Origin: Acaryochloris marina S15
GTDB taxonomy: Bacteria > Cyanobacteriota > Cyanobacteriia > Thermosynechococcales > Thermosynechococcaceae
DNA length: 32,000 nucleotides
Direction of reading: 5' to 3'
Assembly (NCBI RefSeq): GCF_018336915.1
Contig: NZ_CP064923.1
Location: 1,830,001 to 1,862,000 of the forward strand
In this document: positions 7,113-15,556 of the stretch, piece after piece
Numbering within the stretch: the first letter of the stretch is position 1
Layout: each line of letters begins with the position of its first letter
Translations under genes and position numbers: made by a program
Notes under the pieces: model-generated
What the model was told of the DNA's origin: nothing
Database searches by the model: none
Seen by the model: the letters and a program-made list of their open reading frames with translations, nothing else

Positions 7113-9740
7113 ATGCTTCAAAGAAAGGCTCGAAGACTACTGCCTATTACTCGTAGAAAATTACGCTGGTTGGGAGTGGCCCTTTGCAGTACCTGCCTAG
7201 TCCTTGGCCTAAGCCTTGAGCAACGTCCTGCCCACTCCACCTCGGCCCTCCCTACCGCGAACCAACTGACCATCAACGCTCCTACAACTCCTCGCCCACG
7301 CCTAGCTAGCAACCCGACCCAACTGGTGGAACAAGGGAAAGCCTTTTACCAAGGGGGACAGTATGCCGCAGCCGCAGAAGCCTGGTCTCAAGCTGCCCAA
7401 AGCTATAAAGGTCAACCCCTTAATCAAGCCATCGTCCTCAATCAGCTGAGTCTTGCTCAGCAAGAACTGGGTCAATGGCTAAAAGCCCAAGATAGTATTC
7501 GCCAAAGCCTAGAGATAGTTGGTGAACCACCAGCCCCTCAGAATTTGTCCATCTATGCTCAAGCACTAAATGCCCAAGGCAGTTTAAATTTGTCCCAAGG
7601 CGACCCCAAAAGCGCCTTGGACACCTGGGGTAAAACAGCAGAAATTTATGCTCAACTTGGAGATGAAATTGGTCGCATTGGTAGCCTGATTAATCAGGCC
7701 CAAGCCCAGCAAGTCATGGGACTCTACCTTCAGTCTCGAAAGAATCTGGAAAAAGTCACCGCTGAATTGGACCAACAGGCTAATCCTGCAATTCGGGCCA
7801 CTGGTTACCGCAGTTTAGGTAATGTATTACGCTTAGTCGGTGATCTAGAAGAAGCAGAGAGATCTCTACTCCTGAGTTTACAGAACGCCGAAGCAACCGA
7901 CGCTCCCCAAGAAGTGAGCATGACCCAACTCAGTTTGGGAAATACTGCTCGTGCCCGCAAATCCTTTGACCTTGCTATTGACTATTACCAAAAAGCAGCC
8001 CAGTCTCCTATTCCATCGACCCAGCAACAGGCTCGGCTAAATCTACTCAGCGTCTTAATTGAGAAACAGGACTGGTCCCAAGCCCAACAGCTCTGGCCTC
8101 AAATTGAAACGGAATTAAGTGGGCAACCCCCCAGTCGCCGCAATATCTACAGCAAGGTTAACCTCGTCAAAAGCCTGGTAAAGCTTAATCAAGAGTCATC
8201 TAGCAAGACTCCCTCTATTCCTGACATTGCCAACATTACGGCAAAGGCAGTTCAGCAATCCTATGATATTGATGATCCGCGTGCCCAAGCTTATGCTTTA
8301 GGAAATTTAGGAAATTTATATGAACTAGGTGAACAGTGGTCAGAAGCTCGCAAATTGACGGAGCAAGCTCTTTTTATTGCCCAGGCGAATAATGCCAGTG
8401 AGATCAGTTACCAGTGGCAATGGCAATTGGGGCGCATTATGGATGCCCAAAAGCAAACCGATCAGGCCACCTCTGCTTATCAAGGAGCCTTTCAGACCTT
8501 AGAATATCTCCGCAAAGATCTGGTTGCTACTAATCCGGAAGCCCAATTCTCCTTCCGTGAAAGTGTGGAGCCTGTGTATCGAGAACTCGTAGATTTATTG
8601 CTGCGGGGGGACAATCCGAGTCAGGAGAATCTGAAACAGGCTCGTGCAGTGATGGAATCTCTGCAGTTAACGGAATTAGATAATTTCTTTCGGTCTGCTT
8701 GCCTGGATGGTCAAATTATCAGTATTGAAGATATTGACCAACAGTCAGCAGCAGTGGTGTACCCCATTCTGCTCAAGGATCGCATTGAACTGATCACCAG
8801 CTTGCCTCAGCAGGAAGGCTTAAAGCATCAAACGATTCCTATTCCCCAGTCTGAAGTAGAAGAGACCATCAAGCTTTTTCGTGAGGAAATCGAAAAACCC
8901 TACACCTTTATTGAAAGTAAGGAGTTAGGCCAAGTTGTCTACAACTGGCTGATTCAACCCCTCCAAGCTGAATTAGAGGAAAGCCAGGCCGATACATTAG
9001 TATTTGTGCTGGATGGGGCACTCCGTAACCTTCCTCTGGCTGCCTTATATGATGGCGAGAAATACCTGATCGAAGAATATGCTCTGGCTTTGGCTCCAGG
9101 CATGCAGCTGATCAATACTGAGCCTCTGCAAGGGCGAGAACTCCAAGTGATTGCCGCGGGGATTAGCGAAGCACGAGGTTTTTATCCACCCCTGGAAAAT
9201 GTCAAAAAAGAATTAGATAAGATTAGCCGATTGGTTACTAGTACAGTGCTGCTGAATCGTGATTTTACTAGTACTTCACTACGAGAACAGATCCAGTCCT
9301 TGCCCTATCCCATTGTGCATCTTGCCACCCACGGTAAATTTAGCTCAGAAGCAGAGAAAACCATACTGCTGGCTTGGGACAAAGAAATCAACGTCAATCA
9401 GCTTAATGAGCTATTGCGTAGCAGTGAACAAGTCCGGCCAGAACCCATTGAGCTTCTAGTGCTAAGCGCCTGCGAAACGGCTGCTGGAGATGACCGGGCT
9501 GCCTTAGGGTTAGCGGGTGTCTCAGTTCAAGCAGGAGCACGTAGCACCCTGGCTTCCCTATGGAGTTTGGACGATGAGTCAACTGCCTCCCTTATAGGAG
9601 AGTTCTATGACGAACTCGTTCAATCTAAAGTCTCCAAGGCCAAAGCCCTACAAAAAGCCCAGGTCGCTATGATCAGCGATCCAGACTTCCGTCACCCAGC
9701 CCACTGGTCAGCATTTGTGCTGGTAGGGAACTGGCTGTAG
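7113..9740 (+). CDS. Exported TPR-repeat / CHAT-domain (caspase-fold) protease-like protein
   Basis: The ORF is open from 7047 (GTG). The ATG at 7113 is preceded by GAGGAAGGGA and gives MLQRKARRLLPITRRKLRWLGVALCSTCLVLGLSL, a basic stretch plus hydrophobic signal/anchor. The central part has TPR-like helical repeats (e.g. GKAFYQGGQYAAAAEAWSQAAQSY, ALGNLGNLYELGEQWSEARKLTEQAL). The C-terminal CHAT domain has a His-Cys dyad in the contexts IVHLATHGKF (His codon 9330..9332) and LLVLSACETAAGD (Cys codon 9471..9473). Confidence 0.88.
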   Translation: MLQRKARRLLPITRRKLRWLGVALCSTCLVLGLSLEQRPAHSTSALPTANQLTINAPTTPRPRLASNPTQLVEQGKAFYQGGQYAAAAEAWSQAAQSYKGQPLNQAIVLNQLSLAQQELGQWLKAQDSIRQSLEIVGEPPAPQNLSIYAQALNAQGSLNLSQGDPKSALDTWGKTAEIYAQLGDEIGRIGSLINQAQAQQVMGLYLQSRKNLEKVTAELDQQANPAIRATGYRSLGNVLRLVGDLEEAERSLLLSLQNAEATDAPQEVSMTQLSLGNTARARKSFDLAIDYYQKAAQSPIPSTQQQARLNLLSVLIEKQDWSQAQQLWPQIETELSGQPPSRRNIYSKVNLVKSLVKLNQESSSKTPSIPDIANITAKAVQQSYDIDDPRAQAYALGNLGNLYELGEQWSEARKLTEQALFIAQANNASEISYQWQWQLGRIMDAQKQTDQATSAYQGAFQTLEYLRKDLVATNPEAQFSFRESVEPVYRELVDLLLRGDNPSQENLKQARAVMESLQLTELDNFFRSACLDGQIISIEDIDQQSAAVVYPILLKDRIELITSLPQQEGLKHQTIPIPQSEVEETIKLFREEIEKPYTFIESKELGQVVYNWLIQPLQAELEESQADTLVFVLDGALRNLPLAALYDGEKYLIEEYALALAPGMQLINTEPLQGRELQVIAAGISEARGFYPPLENVKKELDKISRLVTSTVLLNRDFTSTSLREQIQSLPYPIVHLATHGKFSSEAEKTILLAWDKEINVNQLNELLRSSEQVRPEPIELLVLSACETAAGDDRAALGLAGVSVQAGARSTLASLWSLDDESTASLIGEFYDELVQSKVSKAKALQKAQVAMISDPDFRHPAHWSAFVLVGNWL

Positions 9741-9759
9741 TTTTGTTTTCATAAAAAAA

Positions 9760-9832
<73 letters not shown>

Positions 9833-10046
9833 GCGGTTAGTAACTTTTGACCTTTGTCATCGTAGCGAACTTATTACCACTTGGCAACCATAAAATTCTC
9901 TTGACTTCAAAATCGGTCCAGTCTTTGCCCCGTATAGACCCTGAATCTTTCTTTCAATTCGGAAACATTTTCACCACAAAATTCCCTTAGGAGGCATTCA
10001 GTGTCTCTAATAATGGGGGACAACAAAGGAATAGCTGCCAAAATAG

Positions 10047-11336
10047 CTATTGGGAAGATGATTGCAGGCTGCCGTTATTATTGGCCAGAATTTTCTCGTT
10101 CAGTACAGAGAGGGCTTTGGCATATTGAGGATCGGCGAGGGTGCCAATCTTTTCTCGGTCTAGAGAAAGGGCTTCCCGCTGATCATCTGTGAGTTTGACC
10201 TCGATATCTGGTTCAATCCCTTTTTTGTTGATATCTCGACCGCTAGGGGTAAAGTATTTGGCAACGGTCACTGCCAGACCTGAACCATCCTCTAAAGGAT
10301 GCACGGATTGAACCAGCCCTTTACCAAAGGTTTTAGTGCCAATGAGAACGGCCCGTTTGTTGTCCTGCAAGGCCCCAGCTAGAATTTCGCTGGCACTAGC
10401 TGATCCTCCATCTACAAGGATTACAAGGGGTTTATCTGTGAGGGTGTTTTTACCAGAGGTGAGCTTGTCTTCACCGCCTTTACGATCCACTGTGGAAACA
10501 ATGGTGCCTTTACCCATCCACATGCGAGCGATCTCTGCACTGGAGTAGAGTAAACCCCCTGGATTAGAACGCAGGTCAAGGATAAAGCCTTCAACCTTTT
10601 GTTTGTTCAAGGCTTGAATCGCTTCGCGCATTTCCGAGGAGGCATTGTTGCTGAACTGATTGAGGCGAATATAGCCTACATTACCGGCTGGGTTTTTTTG
10701 GTTGGAAAAGCGAACAGGATGTATCTCGATTCGGGCTCGCTTGATCTTGAAATTTAGTTGCTCTTTATCTCGTAGAACAGTGAGGGTAACGTCGGTGTTG
10801 ACGGGACCCCGAATTAAGCTGACGACACCATTAATATCCATCCCTTTGGTGCTTTTGTTGTCAACTTTGATGATGACATCCTTAGATAAAAGTCCAGCGT
10901 CTGCGGCTGGACTTCCTTCGATGGGGGAAATAACGGTGATGTTTTTGGTCTCTTCGTCCTGGGTAATTTGAATCCCAACCCCAGTCAGCTCACCGGAGGT
11001 ATCAATTTGCATGCTCTTGAATTGCTCTGGATCCATGAAGCGAGTGTAAGGATCTTCAAGCTTGTCCAGCATTTCTCGGACTGCTTTATAGGCTTCATCC
11101 CGAGAGGTATAGTTGCGATTTAAATATTTGTTGCGAATATCACGCCAATCATTGCCGTTAAATGTGGCGTCAACATAGTCATGATTGATGACTTGCCAAA
11201 CCTCGTCCACCACTTCTTTCGGACTTTCTTTGAACACGGCCCAACTGGACTGCCAAAGGTTTGCACCAATGACGACAACACCCGCTCCAACAAGGGCTGT
11301 TGTTCCTAATACTAGTCCGTCTTTTGAATTCGCCAT
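10047..11336 (-). CDS. Carboxyl-terminal processing protease (peptidase S41, PDZ domain), Ctp family
   Basis: The sequence shows an N-terminal hydrophobic anchor (LVLGTTALVGAGVVVIGA), a PDZ region (GVGIQI...ISPIEGSPAADAGL...DVIIKVDN) and an S41 catalytic region (LRSNPGGLL, VDGGSASASEILAGALQD, GTKTFGKG). The tracked ORF extends to a GTG at 11366; the ATG at 11336 (MANSKDG...) is the more likely start. Confidence 0.92.
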   Translation of the reverse strand: MANSKDGLVLGTTALVGAGVVVIGANLWQSSWAVFKESPKEVVDEVWQVINHDYVDATFNGNDWRDIRNKYLNRNYTSRDEAYKAVREMLDKLEDPYTRFMDPEQFKSMQIDTSGELTGVGIQITQDEETKNITVISPIEGSPAADAGLLSKDVIIKVDNKSTKGMDINGVVSLIRGPVNTDVTLTVLRDKEQLNFKIKRARIEIHPVRFSNQKNPAGNVGYIRLNQFSNNASSEMREAIQALNKQKVEGFILDLRSNPGGLLYSSAEIARMWMGKGTIVSTVDRKGGEDKLTSGKNTLTDKPLVILVDGGSASASEILAGALQDNKRAVLIGTKTFGKGLVQSVHPLEDGSGLAVTVAKYFTPSGRDINKKGIEPDIEVKLTDDQREALSLDREKIGTLADPQYAKALSVLNEKILANNNGSLQSSSQ

Positions 11337-11468
11337 AAGCCTAACCCAATTGGTTTCGTGAGGCACTATCCCCTTCTGTGTACAACAGAGGGACAGTGAG
11401 GTACGCCCACTCTAGCACAAGCTTCTAGAAGGCTACATGAGTTGGAAATGAGTTTTGAATGATGGGAT

Positions 11469-13205
11469 TTATTCTTGCTGTTGCCAAGTCTGAATTTGGA
11501 GTTGAGCAGAGTCATAGACGCGACTATTACTGGGTATTTTTTGTGCGATCGCAATTGCTGCATCCCGATCAGCCAGTGCTTGTCCTCGGGCCATATCTAG
11601 CAACTGCTCAGACCAGTTATCAATGGAAACTTTGGCTTGAAACTGGGATGGTGACTCTGGATCAATTTGATTGGCTTGCTCAATCGCTGCTGCTAAGGCT
11701 TTGGGGGTTCCCTTGTTGGCAATGGTTTCTGCACTTTTAAGGAGTTGATCAGGACCATTTGCAGGCACCGTTTGCAGAGGCTCATTTAAAGGAGTACTTT
11801 CTGGGGGTTGGAGTTGATATTGCCAATCAGAAATCCGAAGTTGAGCTTCATCGTATAACGTTCGCCCGGGCCGTATTCTTTGGGCCTCTTGAATAGCGGC
11901 CTGTAGAGCGGTTGGACCACCCTGTAAAGCTAATTGATCGGCTCGGTCGAGAATGGGCTGATCTTCCCGGAACTGAATTTGAGATTGCCACTGGTCAATC
12001 TCTTGTTGGGCTTCTTGCCAACGGTCGCTCTGGGATGAAATTTGCTGGGCTTGAGCGACTGCAGAGGATAAATCGCCGATGTCTCCGGTTTGGGCTTGCA
12101 TCTGGGCCGTTTGCAGCAGTTGAATATTGGTAATTTCTTTTTGCCAGTGGGAGATTAAGGTTTGGGCCTTTCCATAGAGAGGACTGTTGATATCCAGCTT
12201 ACTAGCCTGGTTAATGGCTTCTTCTAGATTCACGATGGTGCCATTCCAAGCAGAGGCGCTAGCTTGAGCAATTTTCATAAAGTCTTGGGCTTGCGTCCAG
12301 ACCGGCGTATCCTGCGGAATCAGCTGCAATGCATCCATGCTGGCATGGTAGTTGCGCCGCTCTAATGAATATTCCGCAATCGTTACGAGTTTGCGGGCTA
12401 TAGTGTTTTGGGTCTTCCGAGCAGATCGTCGATAGACACTATCTGAAATCAGCTCTTGGACGAGTCCTAGGGATTCCGATAGATTATCTAGTCCTCCTCG
12501 CCGCATTAAACGCTTGGCTTTGACCAATTTGCGCTCATCTTTCTGGGCAACGATAATCTTCTCGGTCATGGAATCAAACTGAGTGCCGGACCAGTAGCGA
12601 TTATCGATCTGAACCAGCTTGATCATAATGCCGTAGGCTTTTCGCCATTCCTCATTATCGAGGGCAGCCTCGGCTCGATTGTAGATGTCTTCTCCTTCGG
12701 CCCAAATCTGCTGCCATTCCTCTACACGCTCTTTGACGACTTTGTAGGCGGTGGTTTGAGCGGGGATGCGTTGGGCATATTCAATGGCGCGGTCTAACTT
12801 GCCCGCATGAAAGGCATTTTCTGCTAGATCCAGTGCTTGGGTGGACCATTGCTCAATTAAAGGATTGATCGCTGGGCGAAGGGGATGGTTGGTATCGAGG
12901 GCATCCACTAATGCGATCGCAGCAAACAAATCTTCTAAGGTCTGTTTACTCGCTTTTTCCTGGGCACAGTAAACCCGCAACGAACCGGATGCGAAGGGCC
13001 AAAAGACTTGAGCACAGTTGGGTTTTGCTGGCTGATGCAAGAGCAATCGGTAGGATCCAAAACCAACCCCGCCTGATAGCGCAATCGCAACCATGCCCCA
13101 AATGGGCCAATATTTTAAAAACTTAAATCTGCTGGCACCTCGATGGCTCACAGCTTCTGAGCTGATGGAAGAGGCAATAAGATTGGTTTTAGAATCAGTC
13201 GTCAT
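11469..13205 (-). CDS. Membrane-anchored repeat protein (about 8 copies of a ~31-aa A-I-x2-A-x2-I ... Y-x2-A-Q-x2-I-x2-W-Q motif), function unknown
   Basis: 578 aa with one N-terminal TM helix (WPIWGMVAIALSGGVGFGSYRLL). Example recurring units are LDRAIEYAQRIPAQTTAYKVVKERVEEWQQI, LEEAINQASKLDINSPLYGKAQTLISHWQKE, LQAAIQEAQRIRPGRTLYDEAQLRISDWQYQ and RDAAIAIAQKIPSNSRVYDSAQLQIQTWQQQ. It lies on the same strand as the ctp-like gene, ~100 bp upstream of it. Confidence 0.75.
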   Translation of the reverse strand: MTTDSKTNLIASSISSEAVSHRGASRFKFLKYWPIWGMVAIALSGGVGFGSYRLLLHQPAKPNCAQVFWPFASGSLRVYCAQEKASKQTLEDLFAAIALVDALDTNHPLRPAINPLIEQWSTQALDLAENAFHAGKLDRAIEYAQRIPAQTTAYKVVKERVEEWQQIWAEGEDIYNRAEAALDNEEWRKAYGIMIKLVQIDNRYWSGTQFDSMTEKIIVAQKDERKLVKAKRLMRRGGLDNLSESLGLVQELISDSVYRRSARKTQNTIARKLVTIAEYSLERRNYHASMDALQLIPQDTPVWTQAQDFMKIAQASASAWNGTIVNLEEAINQASKLDINSPLYGKAQTLISHWQKEITNIQLLQTAQMQAQTGDIGDLSSAVAQAQQISSQSDRWQEAQQEIDQWQSQIQFREDQPILDRADQLALQGGPTALQAAIQEAQRIRPGRTLYDEAQLRISDWQYQLQPPESTPLNEPLQTVPANGPDQLLKSAETIANKGTPKALAAAIEQANQIDPESPSQFQAKVSIDNWSEQLLDMARGQALADRDAAIAIAQKIPSNSRVYDSAQLQIQTWQQQE

Positions 13206-13514
13206 CCTGGACTTACAAGACTAAGGTCTGCAATACCCAACAACACAGATCACCTTGCGATCCTACAACTTTGCTAAGGATGATGTCCAAATGAACCCCG
13301 CTGATTTAATCACTAACTAATAATGTGCCCTGATGCAGCAAAAAAGAAGTCGATTCCTTTTTACCCTGTATTCAGTTCTCCCATGTTAACCAATGTAAAC
13401 ATCATCTATGGTGATCTTGGAAACAAAACTCTCCAGTACATCTACTTTTCAAGACTTGACTTGGATTCATTGCAGTACAATTAAAAAGATTTATTAAGAG
13501 CCTGTAGAGATTCT

Positions 13515-14414
13515 ATGGCCGACCAACTTATTCGAGCCACAGCCGCCGACGATGGTATCCGAGCAGTGGGTGTGATCACCACTCGCTTAACAGAAGAAGC
13601 AAGGCAACGCCATCATCTCTCCTATGTCGCTACAGCTGCATTAGGCCGGACCATGTCTGCCGGATTATTGCTGGCTTCCAGTATGAAACAAGCGGAAGCA
13701 AGGATTAATCTTCGTATCCGTGGGGATGGGCCATTGCAAGGCATCTTAGTGGATGCAGGTGTAGACGGTACGGTACGTGGATATGTGACAAATCCTGGAG
13801 TAGAATTACCCCCCAATGCGAAGGGCAAGTTGGATGTGGGGGGAGCCGTAGGCAAAGGATTCCTTTATGCGGTTCGGGATATGGGATATGGGTACCCCTA
13901 TTCCAGTACGGTTGAATTAGTCTCTGGTGAAATAGGAGAAGACGTCACTCACTACCTAGTCACTTCAGAACAAACCCCTTCTGCTCTCGCTTTGGGGGTC
14001 TTTGTTGGGGCTCAGGGGGTAACTGCAGCTGGAGGACTTTTGATCCAAGTTTTACCTAAAGCAGCCGAAGATCCAGCCCTTGTGGAATTGCTAGAGTCTC
14101 GCCTTGCTCATTTACAAGGATTTACTCCCCTATTGCAGGCTGGCAAAACCCTTCCCGATATCTTGGCTGATTTGTTAGGAGATATGGGGCTCAAAATCTT
14201 TCCCCATACTCAAATGGTTCAGTTCCAGTGCCGCTGCTCAATTGAGCGAGTACTAGGAGCTTTGAAAATGCTGGGTCAAGATGAATTGTTGGACATGATC
14301 GAAAAAGATGATGGGGCAGAAGCGACCTGCGATTTTTGTGGTGAAGTCTATCAGACTACTAGTGATCAGCTGGGAAAACTAATTGATGATTTGAAAACTG
14401 AAGCAGAAGCCTAA
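13515..14414 (+). CDS. hslO: Hsp33-family redox-regulated chaperone
   Basis: 299 aa with an Hsp33-like N-terminal domain (LIRATAADDGIRAVGVITT...). The diagnostic C-terminal zinc/redox switch is CxC...CxxC (FQCRCS ... ATCDFCGEVY). Confidence 0.92.
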   Translation: MADQLIRATAADDGIRAVGVITTRLTEEARQRHHLSYVATAALGRTMSAGLLLASSMKQAEARINLRIRGDGPLQGILVDAGVDGTVRGYVTNPGVELPPNAKGKLDVGGAVGKGFLYAVRDMGYGYPYSSTVELVSGEIGEDVTHYLVTSEQTPSALALGVFVGAQGVTAAGGLLIQVLPKAAEDPALVELLESRLAHLQGFTPLLQAGKTLPDILADLLGDMGLKIFPHTQMVQFQCRCSIERVLGALKMLGQDELLDMIEKDDGAEATCDFCGEVYQTTSDQLGKLIDDLKTEAEA

Positions 14415-14528
14415 TTTTCGGAGACATGATTGTTTGCCAACAGCAGGTTTCCCTGGCCTGGACGTATTAGTCAGTTTGGTGATGAAGCCTGTATCCACCA
14501 ACTCTAAGAATAGACTTATTCATAAAAA

Positions 14529-14553
14529 TCCCTTGTAGTTTATCTACAAGGGA
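14529..14553 (-). terminator. Rho-independent terminator reading on the minus strand
   Basis: A perfect 9-bp stem, CCCTTGTAG (14530..14538) / CTACAAGGG (14544..14552), plus one flanking T-A pair, encloses a 5-nt loop. On the minus strand the hairpin is followed by TTTTTAT. On the plus strand it is followed by AAGAATC, which lacks a U-tract. Confidence 0.7.
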
Positions 14554-14672
14554 AGAATCGGTAGGACGACAATTTTGGTGTGAAGTACCTACTTCAATAA
14601 GGCCAGAGGGTCGTGCCTCAAGTAATTGTGGGTTGAGTATACTAGAGGCTCAGCTCAGCTTCTAACCTACCC

Positions 14673-15050
14673 ATGCAATGCCCACTATGCGGTCATTCCA
14701 AAGCACACAAGCATGGCAAGATGCCCAACATGCTTCAACGATACCGTTGTCCTGAGTGCCAGCAGACCTTTACTGAACGCTTTGATACCCTTTACTATCG
14801 TCGTCAGGTGAGTCCAGAGCAGGTCCGACAAGTTCTCCAAGCCCATGCAGAAGGGAGTAGTCTTCGAGGTATCACTCGGACCAGTGGCCTGGCTTACAAC
14901 ACTGTAGTCTCTCTAGTAAGAGCTGCTAGCCAACGATCTCAGCAACTCCATAATGGCCAAGTGCAAGCCGTTGAAACGGAGGATGTCAGTGCAGATGAAA
15001 TGTGGTCCTTTGTGAAAAAAAGCAAAAACACTGTCTTCCCCATGAGCTAG
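14673..15050 (+). CDS. insA: IS1-family InsA-like protein (zinc finger + HTH); upstream frame of the InsAB' transposase
   Basis: There is an N-terminal CxxC...CxxC motif (MQCPLCGHSKAHKHGKMPNMLQRYRCPECQQTF). The ORF ends just after the motif ADEMWSFVKK, which spans the frameshift site. Confidence 0.85.
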   Translation: MQCPLCGHSKAHKHGKMPNMLQRYRCPECQQTFTERFDTLYYRRQVSPEQVRQVLQAHAEGSSLRGITRTSGLAYNTVVSLVRAASQRSQQLHNGQVQAVETEDVSADEMWSFVKKSKNTVFPMS

Positions 15051-15502
15051 AGATGGGTGATTGTTGGATGGCGATTACCTTGGCAAACACAAGCGGCGTG
15101 ATCCTCTCGTGTCGTGTGGGCAAGCACACCGATTCATTATTGAATGAACTGGTGACTAGCACTGAAGGTAAGACCGATTGCAAGGACTGGAATAGCGACG
15201 ATTGGGGGGGGTACGAAAGAGTGTTGCCTTGGGAGATTGACCATTACATTGGCAAGGACAGAACTCAACGACTCGAACGCACCAATGGCATTATTCGACA
15301 GCACAGTGGTCGATGGCATCGACGCCAGAACAAATTTGGCAAAGTGTGGGCGCAAACCAAAGTCACTGCTCGATTAGTGGTCAGCTATTTCAATTGGATT
15401 TGGACACACAGTCGGCTTAAAACAACGGCGGCACAACGTGCTGATCTAGCCTCGCGAGCTTGGCATTGGGATGACATACTCACCTACCCCACAATTGTTT
15501 GA
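15002..15502 (+). CDS. insB: IS1-family InsB' catalytic (DDE) part, expressed as InsAB' fusion by -1 frameshift
   Basis: This frame is -1 relative to insA. Slipping on A AAA AAA G (15015..15022) yields ...DEMWSFVKKKQKHCLPHELEMGDCWMAI..., i.e. a continuous ~277-aa transposase. The stop codon lies inside the right IR. Confidence 0.85.
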   Translation: MVLCEKKQKHCLPHELEMGDCWMAITLANTSGVILSCRVGKHTDSLLNELVTSTEGKTDCKDWNSDDWGGYERVLPWEIDHYIGKDRTQRLERTNGIIRQHSGRWHRRQNKFGKVWAQTKVTARLVVSYFNWIWTHSRLKTTAAQRADLASRAWHWDDILTYPTIV

Positions 15503-15556
15503 TGCACGACCGGCCAGAGTTTGTTCAATGGGTAGTACCTGGCCAAGCAAGTAAAT

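Larger units (their letters stand above)
14609..15511 (+). mobile_element. IS1-family insertion sequence, 903 bp, apparently intact
   Basis: The terminal inverted repeats are GGTCGTGCCTCAAGTAATTGTGGG (left, from 14609) and GGTCGTGCATCAAACAATTGTGGG (reverse complement of the right end, to 15511), with 21/24 identical positions. They are flanked by a perfect 8-bp direct repeat GGCCAGAG (14601..14608 and 15512..15519), interpreted as the target-site duplication. Internally there is an InsA/InsB two-ORF arrangement with an A7 slippery run at 15015..15021. Confidence 0.9.

Noticed and set aside
7113-9740. Possibility that the TPR-CHAT protein marks a type III-E CRISPR (Csx29-like) locus.
   Set aside because: No CRISPR repeats, no gRAMP/Cas7-11-like giant gene and no other cas genes occur in the window. 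The protein also has an N-terminal signal/anchor, which is inconsistent with a cytoplasmic Cas accessory protease.
10001-11740. Small ORFs 10001..10192 (+), 10336..10548 (+), 10702..10971 (+), 11366..11563 (-) and 11459..11740 (+).
   Set aside because: They overlap the ctp-like or repeat-protein genes in other frames, or extend spuriously from an intergenic region into them. No support exists beyond being open.
13456-13481. TTGACT ... TACAAT promoter-like pair upstream of hslO.
   Set aside because: The spacing between the hexamers is only ~14 nt, outside the 16-18 nt optimum. TACAAT (13476..13481) alone is plausible as a -10 element but is not sufficient evidence for a feature call.
14583-15540. 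Longer imperfect inverted similarity (GTACCTAC...TTCAAT / ...TTCAATGGGTAGTAC) that first looked like the IS termini.
   Set aside because: A better solution exists. IRs starting at GGTCGTGC (14609 / 15511) match 21/24 and are flanked by an exact 8-bp duplication. The outer similarity belongs to the interrupted target DNA and forms only a weak 7-bp bulged stem.
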